Assembly: GCF_025526975.1 (NCBI RefSeq)
Contig: NW_026515670.1
Coordinates: 1,116,001-1,180,000 of the forward strand
Reading direction: 5' to 3'
Source: Fimicolochytrium jonesii
Lineage: Eukaryota
DNA length: 64,000 nt
How positions within the stretch are numbered: position 1 is the first letter of the stretch; every line of letters starts with the position of its first letter. Positions 24,095 to 38,093 of the stretch are shown here, in pieces. Below the pieces are notes generated by a model. It was not told the DNA's origin and searched no databases. It saw only the letters and a program-made list of their open reading frames with translations. The translations under genes were made by a program, and so were the position numbers.

Positions 24095-27000
24095 TCACTT
24101 CTGCTGAGAGTCTTCGGTGCCCACTGTTCCAGGGGTCTTCGGAGACTGTAAAGTCGTCGACGGGCTACTCTGCTGAAGCACCGCGGATAGCGGTGGCTGA
24201 GTCGACGCACGTGGACGTTGGTGCGGCGTCGGTGGCATCTGCATCTGGACCGGGAAGTAACCCAGATTATGCTGCGGTTGCGCAGACTTCTGCCTGCCCA
24301 TCCCCGGTGATGACGCCAACGCGGCCGACGCTGGCGTGAACGGGTACGGCGGGTACCACATCTGTGACGCACGAGCGTCAGGTGGATAGAGGGGCGGAGG
24401 TGTGCCTGTCGGTGTCCTCATGAGTGGAGGTGTACCGGTTGGAGCCCTCATGAGGGGAGGCGTACCGGTCGGAGTCCTCATGGTCGCAGTGCCATTGGGG
24501 GGTGAGAAGGGTAGTGAACTGGCGGGCGCAGAGAAAGGCGCACGTCCAAAATCTGCTGGATGGCCGGATGAAGATGCCCTAACCGGCCGCGAGCCTGGAG
24601 GCGGTGGGCCAAACAGAGGTGGCGGTATTGCGATGGAGGGCCGGGGTGCAAATCCAGCGGAATGAGGCACGCTTGGGTTTCGCGATGGCGTTGGTCCAGG
24701 AGTAGGGCCAGAAGCAGACATCGACTGTCCTTGGCCGAACGCGCCACGCTTGCGGTCTTCTTGTATCGTGCGTTCGCGCATCCATTCCTTCCATGTCTTC
24801 ATGAAGATCCCGTTGTGGTCGAATTCTCCGTCCCGGCGTGAGTGGTCCGCGGCTTTCCTGCCTTCTTCTCCAGTGACGACGCGTGTTTCACCCCATGAGA
24901 AATCATCGACTGTAGGAGTTTCAGAGACACGATTAGTTCAAACCCCAATAATCGACTGAATATGACACCACACTTACAATGCCAGAAAGAGTAAAGCGGT
25001 AAGATAAATTGCCACACCGGCAAAGCCAGAATGTAAACGAAGAACCACCAGATATACTTCCAGCTCCTAATCGTCAAGAGAATCATCATGGCTGGTAAAC
25101 AGATAATCGCTCCAAGCTGAATGATCGGCAACAAGACATCAAAAGTCAGGGTCAAGTTTTCGTGAACGAGGCGGAAGATGGTAATGGTGACAATGTAGAT
25201 CATATAAGCGAGCGCGGCAGGGAGCAACACTGAACCGATGAGTTCCATGAAGATGACGAACTGCATACTGAAGCAGAATGTTCCGCAAAGGTCACGGACC
25301 AGCACCAACTCGAGGAGGTTATGCAAGGTACTGTTGATCCATCGACGGCGTTGACTGAGAAGGACGCTGAAGGACGAGGGTACCACCGTCTTGCAGAGTG
25401 CCTGCGGTACAAAGACGTTGCGGCGCTTGGGGAAGGCTTTCAACATCAACGTGGTTAAGAACCGATCTTCTCCAAGAAGCAGCAGATTCTTGTCGTGCAA
25501 AGACTCAACGACGTTCTCAGAGTATTCCTCCACAACGTCCGGATTCGCCAGAATCGGGACCCAGAGATCGTTCTTGGGCGCTTTGATCCTGTACGCCGAG
25601 AAACAACCTGGAAGACACGTGACACCTCCAAAGACCGACTCGAAGGCCTTGGACAGGTGATGCGAGATGTAGTACTCGTACACCTGGATCATCGTCACCC
25701 AGCTCTCCCACTTGTTCCAAATCCTCGTTTCCCCACACACTCCCATGATCTTCGCATCGCGTTTGAAGCAGCAGACCAAATGGGTCAAAGAGTCCGGGTA
25801 CACTCTCGTGTCAGCATCGACCATCATCACCGCCTCGTAAACATCCGGGTGCACACCGGTGATCGTCCAGAGCTTGTGGAAGATATCAAACTCCAGCTCG
25901 GTCATGCGGTCGTCGAACATGACCTTGGACAAGAACTGCATAAGCAAGATCTGCGAGTCCCGTTTGCCTCTGTTGCCCGGCTTTGTCGATTTGTTGGATG
26001 GGTCGCGCTCTTCCTCGTTTCCGCATTTGACGACTAGGATCATGGGTACTCGGCCTTTTTTGCGATTGGTGAGCGTTCTTGACATGGAGTTTGTCGAGGA
26101 TTCGTCTGTTGTCGAATGGGTCGCGTCTCGGCCGGTCGCGTCTGTCAGGGCATATGCGTACCAACCCGCATACACTTTCGCGTAGTTCTTTCGCTTGGAG
26201 CCATTGGCGACAGCAACGTAGGTATATGCGTGTGGACCATGTCCGTTCTTCGGATCCTCATCCTTGAATCTCCGATCAATCTCCATCATATCAATGAGGT
26301 ACTCAGGCGTACTTCTGTCGTTACCGGATCCCTTGACGTTGCCATCCGCCACGACGAACAGAGTCTTGTGCGTTGCGGGGTAGTAGGTGCGGGCCAACGA
26401 GTCGAGCGTAGCTCGTAGCGAGGCTTGATTTTCGGAGTAACAAGGTACCATGATGAGAGTATGCATCAGAGTCGGGTCGCTCAGGATCGGATCAGTTTGC
26501 GTTTGGGTGGCAGCTAGTTGCAGGTCGCGGAACCGTGTCAGAGTGCCCATCTCTGGGATTTCATTCTCTACCGATGGAAGCGTCGGCTGCATGATTTTGC
26601 CGTCGGGAGCACGAATCGGTGTCACAGTCTTCATCGAACGCCTCCTCGGTTCCAATGGAATTGGTGCAGAGTCTTCCGTAGGGCTGCTTGGATCGGACGG
26701 ATTGGTGATGTGGAGACTGCTCAAATGACGTTCTTTGCCCTTTCCTTTCGCATTGTCGCCCAGAGGTACGATCTGAATGGACTCCACATTCGATTTCGCA
26801 GCTCCAGAGTTGGTGACGATAGGTTGAGGCTGCACGGCCGTTATCGATGCATTACCCTCCTTCCGCCGACGCTTTAGATCGGCAGCGACGCGTGAGTCTT
26901 TCCCGTTCTGTCCCATCCTCCATCCAATCAGCCATTGGAAGAGCACCGCTAGCAGAAACTTGGCCAGGACAGTACCGAGGGTGAACCCCAGACAGATGTA

Positions 27001-28326
27001 GAAGATCACGGTGCTGAGGACGCATCCAAAATTAGTGGCATCGACTTGTGCGATCCGAAACACTTCGTCTAAGCACACAGCCGTGTCTTGGATATCAGCC
27101 GACTGAGACAAGGCCTTCGTGGCGTCCATCCCGGCGTGATTGCGAATGATTGACATGATCTTCGGATCAAGGACATTCTCGATTTCGTTGATGCGGGAGA
27201 TATCCCACACCTTTCCGTTGAAGATGAGGCGTCTTTTATCCCCTTGTACGTCTTGATATTGGAGGAAGAGATCGGCTTTCTGAGCGCTACGGACCCTTTC
27301 AGCGATGCCCTGCACGCCCTGGGGCTGGGAGTGGCATGCGAACGGCGCCGGACCGCCTTGTGCCGGAGTGTTGGTGCCTGGTGGCCAGACGCCTGGTATT
27401 GTGCAGGGGAGTGCAAACGTGGCGTCCTCGGTCCGCTTCATCTGTTTGGCCCGCTCTTGGCAGCCGGACGAGACTACTGGGAACAAGTGGCTCAGATCTT
27501 TTCCAGCAATCTGTGTGTGATCAAGATAGGATTACAGAAGTTGGATAGATGAGTTAATCTGAAGAGGGAAAAAAAAATCAAACAACAGCATCACTTCACT
27601 GACCTGTGGGTAATCGATGACAGCGCGTGCGTTTGGATGGGGGTTCCCGTTCCAGATAGAGAGTGCCTGGCGAGTATCAAAAGCCTTCCCGCGAATGGCA
27701 AACATGTACTGCACGCTCCCGCCTGTCAATTCTTTGTAGCCGACCGCAGGCAAGCCCCCATTGGCCAGGCAAGCGACTTGAGTGAAAAACAGAGTCACGA
27801 ATCCGATGAGCACCATGATCAGGAAGATGATGATACAAAGAGCGAGTTTCTCTCGGAACGCCAATTGAATTCCCCTATCCCGCATTCCACAACAACGAAG
27901 CATGGGTGCGGGCAAGCAGCAAGTCAGTGTCTTGACGATGCGACGCCACCATCCTCCGGTCTGCTTATTCAAAACCACATGTTGGCCCCCACGTGTTGAT
28001 GTCACGGACGCCCGTCGTCCGGCCATAGAGATCGTCGACCCTCTCCGGCGATCCATGCTCTTTCGCCCGTGGGTGATGGCTCGATCGCTGCGTATCAGAG
28101 ACTTTTTCCTCGTCGGCCTGTTGCCGGCTGTTGGTGTTAAGGGTGACCGTGTGAAAACCGGCGGAGACTGGCTGACGGGGTGAAGCGGCGGAAGGCCAAG
28201 CGCTGAAGCTCGAGGAAAACGGCCAGCCTGGCCCGTTTGAACAGAGAGACTTTGAGCATTGCGAGGATTGTTCGGGACGAGGGTTTCTGTGGAGACGCTC
28301 GTTGCTTGACCCCTGCGTATCTCCAT
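24095..28326 (-). CDS. Chitin synthase, division 2 (class IV-like, no myosin motor domain)
   Basis: FREKLALC, CYSE, VVADG, NRGKRDSQ, VDADT, QVYEY, VTCLPGCF, LGEDRFL and QRRRW motifs; cytochrome-b5-like segment (IFNGKVWDI...HAGMDATKA); introns near 27530-27600 and 24910-24977. Confidence 0.95.
24392..24481 (-). repeat. Coding tandem repeat, 3 x 30 bp (MR[T/A]PTGTPP[L/P]) in chitin synthase tail
   Basis: MRTPTGTPPL MRAPTGTPPL MRTPTGTPPP in the ORF translation. Confidence 0.85.
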
Positions 28327-29385
28327 TGTTGAAGGGGTGCGTCGCTCTGCTACCGTCCTCTTAAAGGGTGTGGGGACAGTTACTCCGTGTTCTCTCTTGG
28401 AACACCCGCTCCCTCCACTCGCTGTTCCGCGTAATTATAAAGTATACAGTGCTGCTGTTGGGGAACCTCGCAGCTGCCTGGTGGAGAGGGCCGTTTGCGA
28501 GCGGAAATGACAATTCTGCACTTCGTGCGGAAACTGGGTTGCCCTCCGCGACTAGTCTATCTACTACAGATTTGACAATTCCCCCAAAACGTTCCAGCGA
28601 GTTCAGGTCGACCTGAAGGTTATGCTTCAACTAACTAACTTCGTTCTCTTTTTTCCCATGTCTGTCCGTTTCTATAGGACGGCTGCACGGCGAAACTAGC
28701 CGGTTCGTGGCTGGCCAGTAATAATGGGAGACTTTGGGCGAAAGATCGACCGCCTGCCCTTTGGTACGGTCTGTACGGTACCACATTTCCATCCAATTTA
28801 ACTGAAGAGGCCGCTTAAGGCCTGGCTGGCACCCGACTGGGCGGTATCCATGTCCAGCGGCAAACTTGTATGGCAGAAACCCCATGATCCCGTCCGCCGC
28901 CAACTTGAAGGAGGGGACGTTTGGGACCACAGGTCCCGGCTGGTTCTGGGTTTGGGTGAGACAGAGCGCCAAGTTCCAACCCGTCCAACTGGTCAGGTCA
29001 AGGCTATACTATGGTGTAGGTATATAACCGGTAAGGTCCTCCCTCGTCTGCATCACGTGACTCGTTTACCACAGTGTTAAGAATCGGCCATTACGCCCAG
29101 CGTTACACCACATCGTGATGTCACTGCGCATTGTCACCGCGAGCGCCCAACTATTCTCCACTACTGACTATCGACACTTCGCATGGCCACTTTCCCACAG
29201 GCTGCTTGCTTGAGCCTGCACGCTGGTGGGCGATAACAAAGTCTTGGAAAGCCCCTCTGCTTGGATAGAGAGTCTTCGTTCCCTTCTAAACGGCAACGTG
29301 GTCACTGTTGTCATTTGCATTTAGGAAGTAGTGCGTCCAACGACGTACATACATATGTGGGTGTGGGCCTGCTACGCGCTGAGGA

Positions 29386-32124
29386 ATGAGTTTGCCCACG
29401 AGCGCTACTCCTTCATCAGACTGGCGGACGCAAGATACTGACGAGGCAAGAAGAAGAGGGAGGCCGCGCGCCAACACCTCCAATTCCGCGAACCTTCCCA
29501 GTTACGGAAACGTGAAATGGAACTTGAAGGACCGGTATGCACGTTTGGTAACGGGAGTCGCGTGACAGAGGCTTCTTACTGACCTCTACGAGTAGTAGGC
29601 CTACGGAGTCGCCGAAGCGTAGGGAAAGCGACTCGGACGCAGATAACGGAAATGAGGACGAACTCGAGGCTATAGAGGGCGATGTGTTTGGGGACTCGGA
29701 CGAGGACCTGGACGAGGACCGCTCTCAGCAGCAGTCAGTAGCGAGCTATAGGCACTCGGCTGGGAACCTGCCAACTACCGCTCGGTCTCCAGTTCGGTCA
29801 GATACAGATTGGACCCAACATCCGGTGTGGAAATACAACATCACCGTGATACTGGAAAACAAATGGGTCAAGCGCTTGTTCTTGGCCGCCCTCCTTATAT
29901 CGGTGATCACGATGTGCCTCGGAACTGTGGATGCGATTCTGAGAGATCCGGCTCTAGTCACGCTGGTATATGGAATCGAAGCCACATGTCTGTCGTCTGT
30001 ACGTTTGTAGTGTCATGTTAGTGATTCTCTGACTACTGTAGTGATGGCTCACCAGACGAACCGTCCACGTAGTTTACGGTCGAATTACTACTTCGATGGG
30101 CCGCAGCGACGAATATTCGACAAATATTCAGCATCCAACGCCTTATCGATGTATTGACAGGTGAGTTGGTTCCGGTGCACCTCCACGAAAGCCGTATAGG
30201 TTCACCCACGATTTCACCAAACCAGTACTGCCTTTTTACATCGATGTTGTCCGCGCGATTCACACTCACCGTGCTCTGCCGGTATGCACACTTTATATGC
30301 CGTGTTGACCACACTGGAATTTGACGCACATCTTCGAATTCCCCCTTCAGGAAACTGCGTACGCAATCGAAACCGGGGCCTGGGTGCGAATTTTGGATCT
30401 CGTAAAGCTCTTAAGATTATTCCGATTCTTTCCCAAGAGCAGCAAGGTTTGAAACTATGTTCATCCGTTGATTATTCTTGGGAAACTCCTACCGACGACT
30501 TCCGCGTATTTCACAGTTGATGTTGATGTGGCGCGCATTCTGTAAGTGTTCATTTAAAGCGTCAACTCGAGCTTTGGTCTGACTTCTCTATCACCCTTGT
30601 TCCATCAGCACAATCATTGGAAGGTAGGGTCATCAATCATTTGGCCACATGAGTCATATCAGACAGTAGAGAATTCACTCGCGGAATAAAGGTCTTTGGG
30701 TCCTGTTCCTCTCCCTCCCGCTTCTCATCATCACGTTTTCCACGATGATATTCTATGGTGAGAAATTCCGCGACTCAAAAATCGTCATCACTTGGCTTTC
30801 TCACGGCTTCGATTGTCTACACCGATCTTTCATATAGCGGAGCAAACTGCGGAATTCTGGGATGAAAATGCCCGATTATGGTTTTATGAACATTCTGAGC
30901 CTTTGAAAGTTTCGCCGTTCCAATCAATCCCCGAATGCTTCTGGTTCGTAATAGTGACGCTGACGACCATTGTAAGTCAGTCTGAGCTCAGAGTCGTAGA
31001 ACGCTTTGATCACCGTTTGAGCTGGAATTCACGGTCTGAATTTTTCTTCATAGGGATATGGCGATGTGGTTCCGGCAACGTTCCCTGGACGATTAATTGC
31101 TGGAGCTTTGATGATCATGTAAGAGGAGCTGTCTGCTGATGATGGCAAACCGCGCATGTTCAAACGTTGACATATGGTTCCCTCATAGGTCCCTCTTTTT
31201 GGTGGCATTTCGTAAGTGGATGCATGTGTGCCATTCAATGCGATGAGGCCGCTCACCATACTCCACACTTCTTAGCTTTGACTATGATCACTTCGCAATA
31301 TACCCTGGTAAGCCCTTTATACTCTAATGGGAGGGACACCCAACTGACTCGTCCACGAATCGCTGCAGGTCGCCAATAGATACGCGGAGAGTCGAGAAAA
31401 AGCCAGAGAAGCACGGCGGGATCGAAACAGGCTAAGGAAGGTCAATTCAACATTATCTATACTATCAAACGTATCCACAGGACAAGCGTCTATCGTCGGC
31501 ACGGTTCGGAGCAAGTTTCGTGACTGGAAAGACGTCGTTAGCAAAAACAGCGCGAGGAGTGATGGGGACCTCAATCTGCGCCGGATAAGGACCGCACCTG
31601 TCACGAACGGCCGCGACAATTCGTTCCGCGACAATTCGTTCAACAGAGACGAACGGCCAAAGGAAAGCAGTACACTGAATCGCAAAACGCGTGATGTAAG
31701 CCGGTCGGAAGCCGGTTCGAGAGTCGACGGCGAACCGAACCGCACGCCCTTCGATCCTGGAATATCCTTCGGAACCCTCAACCGCTCGCGCTCTACCCTT
31801 GTCCACAGCGCGTCCGTGCCCAACCTCACGAACGAATCCATAGGAGACACCTTTCGCTACCCCATGCACCGGTCCTTCGGCATAGGCGGTAGCTCCGGAT
31901 CCTTTCGATCCCCTGCCAACCGACCCGCCAGTCACGAGACGATCGAGATCATCCCGTCACCACAGGGATCAGGTAGTACCAGCAGCAATCTGGCCCAGAT
32001 TGAGCTTGTAGGCCCGTCTAGCATTCTTGGGGCAACGACAAATCCGTTACCGAAGACGTTGCGAATCAATGTGCGGGATCAGAGACATTTAGACAGCATT
32101 TTGCGATATATAGACAGTTTATGA
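29386..32124 (+). CDS. Voltage-gated (6TM, Kv-like) potassium channel, many short exons
   Basis: S4-like VRILDLVKLLRLFRFF, pore helix FQSIPECFWFVIVTL, filter TTI|GYGD split by intron 30972-31053, S6 GRLIAGALMIMSLFLVAFPLTMIT; start approximate. Confidence 0.88.
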
Positions 32125-32842
32125 GATGAATGATTAGACCGGGCTGATGCCCGCGAACTATTTTGGGGACATCCATAACACATGCTTGCCCCGACGTTCT
32201 ACCGCCGGTGGTGAAATGACTACAGACGACATGATCGAACCTCGACAGCTGTCGATTTTCGTGGAAACGAAATCCGCTCGCCATGTTTTCTGGGACAAAT
32301 GTTTTGGCATAGAACATGAACAGCATTGTGCAAATCAGGAAAGCTCCGTACGGGCATCATGAGCGAGCTGGTTAGCTCTCAATGCTGCCATGAGACTCGG
32401 CGCTTTCCCTGATAGCAACATGCACCAACTCGGTCATCCTCGCGCTGGTTCCGCTGACACTGGGAATCGGGAACACATTCTGTGCCCCACCAATTTTACT
32501 TTGAGGATGAGGCCCGCTGGGTCCATATGCCGTGCAAAAATAGCATGGAAGGGCTGCAAACGACGTCTTCACAGCTGAAATACCATTGTGCCTGGCATAC
32601 CCATCCTCCCTGGTCAATGATCAAGCCAGAGCACTCTAACTCCCAACGATGGCACTCTAATCTAGTGATAAAGATCATGTCATTTACACAGTCACGCATT
32701 TTTGGAGTGAATGATCCACTTCAATTTGGGGTGCTATTGAGGAAAATGGGAGGGCCAGAGCAAACCTGCTACCTAAACATACGCAGCCCATGTTGGGGCC
32801 TATGCTGGGGTCCAGTACACAGACGATTAAATTGTCCTTAGC

Positions 32843-35800
32843 TCATTTCAATCGTGACGCGGCACCGTCGTCCGCGAACATCCCGCCAGAATCGATGAAC
32901 CGCTTGATTTCCGGCACCGCTTGCACAACTGAGTCCGGCATTGCAAACACCAGCGTGACGGCCGAGTCCATCTCCACTAACCGCACTTTGACCGTTTTCT
33001 GGAAGATGGTGAAGTAGACGGCGACGAGGCCTATTAAAGAAAAGGCGAATATGATGTTCATTCCCAGCTTTCCTTCCGCGTTCCTAGCATTGTGAGGGAT
33101 CACAGGTTTGTCAGTGGAATGGACATGTACAAGGCGTACGGAATTGCATTCTCACCCGTCCAAGATAATAGTCTGAAACTTTTTTCCCAAGGGTATTGAA
33201 ATTCCATTATTGAAATGCATTATTGAGCCAGCGCCAGAACCTCATCACGCCTCACCTTCTTGTCCAAGTTATTGAAATTATCAACCTGCCAAATGTTTTT
33301 TTTACAAGAAGGAAGACGTCAGTGGATACATGGTCAGTGGGATACATGTGCAGAAGTCCGGAGTACACACCAGACTCGGCATCAATTCACGCATGTAATC
33401 CAAATGATCCATGCCCTCCTCAATCTGTCCCGACCTTAAATGCCCCTCTAAATTCTGCGCGGCATTGAGGAATAGCTCTACTTGGGTATCGAGGCCGGCC
33501 GTCTTATTTCCGCAGGCCGGCTGGCATGGGGCATCTATGCTCAGGAAGGTGTGCAGTTCTGGGATGGTCGGCAGAGCGATGCAACCGATGCCGCGGATCG
33601 ACCTCCAGTGCAGATTTTCCAAGAGCTCGACCCGGTTTCGGTACCACATGAGTGGTTCTAGGAAGGGAACCCGATCAGGATGACATTGCGTACAGCGCTG
33701 CCGAAGCTCTTAGCGTACGTACCATACGGCAGCCAAGTTGCGTTGTCGACCTTGAGTGCTTCATTTGCGTAAAACAAAGTCGCCTGCGCAAAATAGCGCC
33801 TTCCACCATTATAGTTCATCGTATGCGCATATTTGATGGAAAGACTTGCCCGAATCTGCAAGAGTCACGAATGAATCACCGGCTTGACCTCATCGCTTGA
33901 AGAGACTACTTACGATCGGCACAATCAGCAGCGCTAGAGCCGGTAGCGTCATGATGCCCAGCCCTAATCCATACATCAAGTAATACTTCCGAGTGGCGCT
34001 TTTCTTGGTAAGCTTATCTGTGTCGGTCGTAGCCATCGCTCGCGACGAGTATTGCTGCGATCCTTTTCGTTTTTCTAGCCCCGGTTCGGAGCCGGATGCT
34101 TGCATGCCCTCGTCGGAGATTTCATCTGAAATGGTTTCGATCTGCGAAGAAGGTTTGCGACATGAGTGAAGGGCTCATCTCTGATCAAAGAAACTAAGCT
34201 TCATTACCTGTTCCTCAAAGTCCGTGAGGATGTTGATCAATGTCTTCTTTGGTATCAGCAAATACATTTTCAGCGTTCTGATCTGCTCTGCTTCTGTCCG
34301 CCGGACCATCGGCCATAAGACCAGTATCCCCCAGCCCAGCATGCAGACAACGCAAAGGGCGAGAAGGACGTAAAGAATGTACTGCACGGTGATGAGCATA
34401 GTGCCATGATGGATACTTAGGGCCAGGGTCCTCTTACAGTATTTTGCATCGTCGCACTCGTCCACTTGTTCTCCATCGCCTCGATAATCGTCATGTAGGC
34501 AGGCCCGAAGTCGCCAGCATTATCAAGAAAAAATCGAGCGTAATTATCCGTGGCTGCTTGACCCGATGCAAACCAGTTGTAGTCTGCGGTTGATGAGAAT
34601 TTACGACAGTTAGATTTTGATACCCTGAAAGGACATTCAGTCGTAACTTACCGTTCTTCATGAGCTCCTGCCCATATATGAAAATGAGCTTCGTCATTCC
34701 CAAGGAGTTCGTCATCACTACGTGGCGCCACACTTCGGGAAAGGTGGCTTCCTGCGTCAAGCATCGGTGGGTCAAAGGATCGTCCCGGAAACGCGTATCA
34801 CAGGGAGACTTACTCGGATTGGAATGTTATCCTCATCATCTACATAGGCTTCCAGATACGGGATGTAGAAGAGGGATATATTCTTGATGTAATCCTTGAA
34901 AACGAAGGTGGTCTGATCATATACGGCATGCGCCTCTGTTACATTGTTGGCCGCCAAATCCGGGATGCGGGCCAATTCTCGCGTGTGCCGGGCCAGAACC
35001 GTGCTGATGTGTGGTAGACGAGAGCCGCGGACGAACCCGCCAATGGACGATTCTAGCACGACAGAAGTGTTCACCATTGTGGGAAGCACGGGCGTACAGG
35101 ATTAAGAGGCCGGTTCACTCTACCTGCATCGCTGAAGCTCCAGTGACCTATGGCGTAAGCAACAACCACTATCATAACATATAGGACTGCCGCGATCCGC
35201 TGATGGCGATCCATAGAGTTTACGGGCGCTTTCAGTCGCGATTGAAGTTGGCCGCGGTTTGTGATCTACGGTGTGACGCGTTAGTACACCGTCGTCCTCC
35301 AGGCGGCGCGAAGCGCTCATCTAACCCTTTTCTTCATTTCGCGCTCCGAAGCTTTGGAACTGCCGCCGTCCGATTGAGCGACTCTTGGCGCTGCGTCATT
35401 ATCATAGCCGGGGGATCCGAATCTTGCCCCGATCACTTCCCTATCTGGCGCTATTCCTTCCTCGGTAGTGAAAGCAGTAGATCGTTTCCTTATTTGCTGC
35501 GATTCCGATCCTTCATGGACTGACTCAGGAAACATAGATCTCAATTTCGAAGGGAGCCCTATCACGGCAACCTCATCATCCGATGCATCTGCAGCGACGC
35601 TCTCGCCGAATACTGTGGAGAGTTTCCGCGTAACCTCCTTCGATGTGGGAAGTTCCGTATTTCCTTGCCCTAGGCGTCCGGCGACATTGCTTACAGACGT
35701 CATTTGTGAGGCCATTTGCGAGGGCATGTTGCTGGGCACGTTGCTGCCTCTTCGGCCAGAACGTGCCGAGTTCCTCGTAGCCATCAAGTACGAGGTGCCC

Positions 35801-38093
35801 TGGCGAGACTCAATTTCCTCGATATCATCAGCTATGGCCATCAACCTGGCAGCGCTGTCCTTGTCATTCTACATATACGAATGAGATTGTGATCATGCGC
35901 CGCGACTTTACAAGTAAACCAGCATACCTTGACTTGTAACAAAAAGGAGGCATACATTCGGAGAAGCTCCTTACTCTTTGGCCAACGTCCGATCAGCTTC
36001 TTATAGTAGGCTGTAGCCCGTTGCTCGGCTTCACTGATCCGCTGTAGGAAAATTGGATACGTCTTCGGATCTCTCCCTCGCTGTCCACTTCGGACATGTG
36101 ATAGAAAATTTTTGATCTCAATCAGTGTGGCCAAGTGATCACGGCGAGCGCCATTGGACATCGTTTGGAACTCTACAAATGAGGAACTGAAGAGACGATG
36201 TCATGAACTCGTCCGTCGACGCCCAGCCCGAAATAGATGTCAAACTCACATATTCATGGTTGATGAATTCAAACCCTCGGCCTTCTTACTCTGCTCGAGC
36301 AATCTGTCCTGCATGAAAATGAAGAACCGGGCATCGAAGGAGGGATGGAGGATTTTGGCTTCAGCGATGATGTGTACCGCATCTTCTCCCACGCTCGAGT
36401 CGGTAAAGGCCTCAAGGTACTCGGCATATCTGTCACAGTAGGATGTTGAGTAGACCGCGGAGACTTTCAGTGCGCATTGGCTATGACTTACACCAGGCGA
36501 AGCATAGAGTTTTCCGGAAACTGATCGAATCCTTCGTTGAATATCTCTTCCATCACGTAGAGGGCTTCCTTTGAGCGATTCTTTCGGACAAAACGACAAG
36601 CAAGCTCTACTTCGCCTACATGGCGAAACACTGCGATGGGCTGCGAAAGGAGATCATCAGTAGTCGGCGACTTTCACCAGCATTGTAATTCGAAGCGGAA
36701 ACGCACCTCAGGCACCGTTTGCGTCTTAGCGATCTTGCCAATGTTGTCGAATATGCCTTCCTCAAATGTTTCCTCCCGATCCTTCAAGTCCTCTGATCCG
36801 CCGCTCAAAGCGCCCGTCTTCCGGATCTCAGGATTTACTCCTGATTCCATTTTTTCCAACTTCCCATTCAACCCCTTCTCGGTTTGTTGACGTTTCAACT
36901 TAATCCGATCGTACACTCGGTTGACGGTGTTTTCGAACACCTTCCGGCAGGTGAACACTCCGGCAACCGCTCCAGCAACGACCGCGATGATACTGAGAAC
37001 CGGCATCGCTAAACTGTCGACATTGCCAACAGTCGAGATGAAGCTGATGATGGAGGCAAAGAAAGCAGCGCAGAATAGGCCGGCTCGGAGCTCGTTGTGC
37101 ATGGAGCTGTAGAAAGGCTGAAACCTCACGACTTGGAACGTCATGAATAACGTGACGGGTACGAGAACGATGGCCTTCACGTCATCCTTTCCTTCGGGAA
37201 CGATGAAAATGTGACAGAGTAGCACTCGAGCGAGGGCATACGTAAAATCGACTCTGTAAAACGTTCATATCGGTGAGGGGCAATCGAGGCGAACAGCTCG
37301 ATTGGCAACTCCATACCTTCCTATCGGAACTCGCGCATCTTCGGAACCCGGCTTGGGTGTGATTCTAACATATATCAATGACATGACCAAATTGTACGGG
37401 ACGAAAAACAGCAGACAGAAGATGGCCAAGACGGTTTGCGCTCCTGTGCTCCCCGAAAAACATTGTACTTCTGGGTATGCCTTCAAAGTTCCTTTTGAGC
37501 AGGAGACGGCTACAAGCAGGATCTCCAAGAACGGGATGAACAAAACCGTCCCAGAGAGAACCGTGACGATCCGTATGGTCTTCAACGCGTAAAGAGACAC
37601 TCCGGTGAACTGCAAGATAGTCCATTATCAGTTGATGAACTTGTTTCGTAGATGCCCTCCTGCATTTGAGCATAGCCTACGTACCTCTCCATTGCCAAAT
37701 GACCGAGCGACCTGGGCCGCCGAGAGGATAGTGACAGCAACAATTCCTATCACAATCGCAAGCAGGATCTCGAATGCTTCATGAGCTCCCGGGCGATAGC
37801 TCAGAGGATTTGTGACATATTTAGCCCAATCAGGCATATGCGAGAAAAAGTGGTGCTCGAAGGCGAACGAGATAAGCTGCATATCTTCGAAAAATGTGAT
37901 TGCCGTCGCGAGTCCATTATGAACTTCGTTGTCGGTTACCATGCTAAACAGCAAGGAATAGGCCACCGCCTCGGCCTTTGCCTGAAACATCAACCATATA
38001 TTTCAGCGATAGCTTCTGATACAGGTGCGATGGCCATGATCTTACCATCCAGCTCGTTTCGATAACAGCACCTTTCATCCGGTTTTCAGCCAT
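32843..38093 (-). CDS. Large polytopic membrane protein, TmcB/TmcC (tiny macrocysts)-like
   Basis: N-terminal multi-TM block (FFEDMQLISFAF...VLFIPFLEILL...QPFY), TPR-like helical region (AYYKKLIGRWPKSKELLRMYASFL), then two TM-loop-TM modules ending LLIPK and FAMPD; many introns. Family assignment from recalled similarity. Confidence 0.65.
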
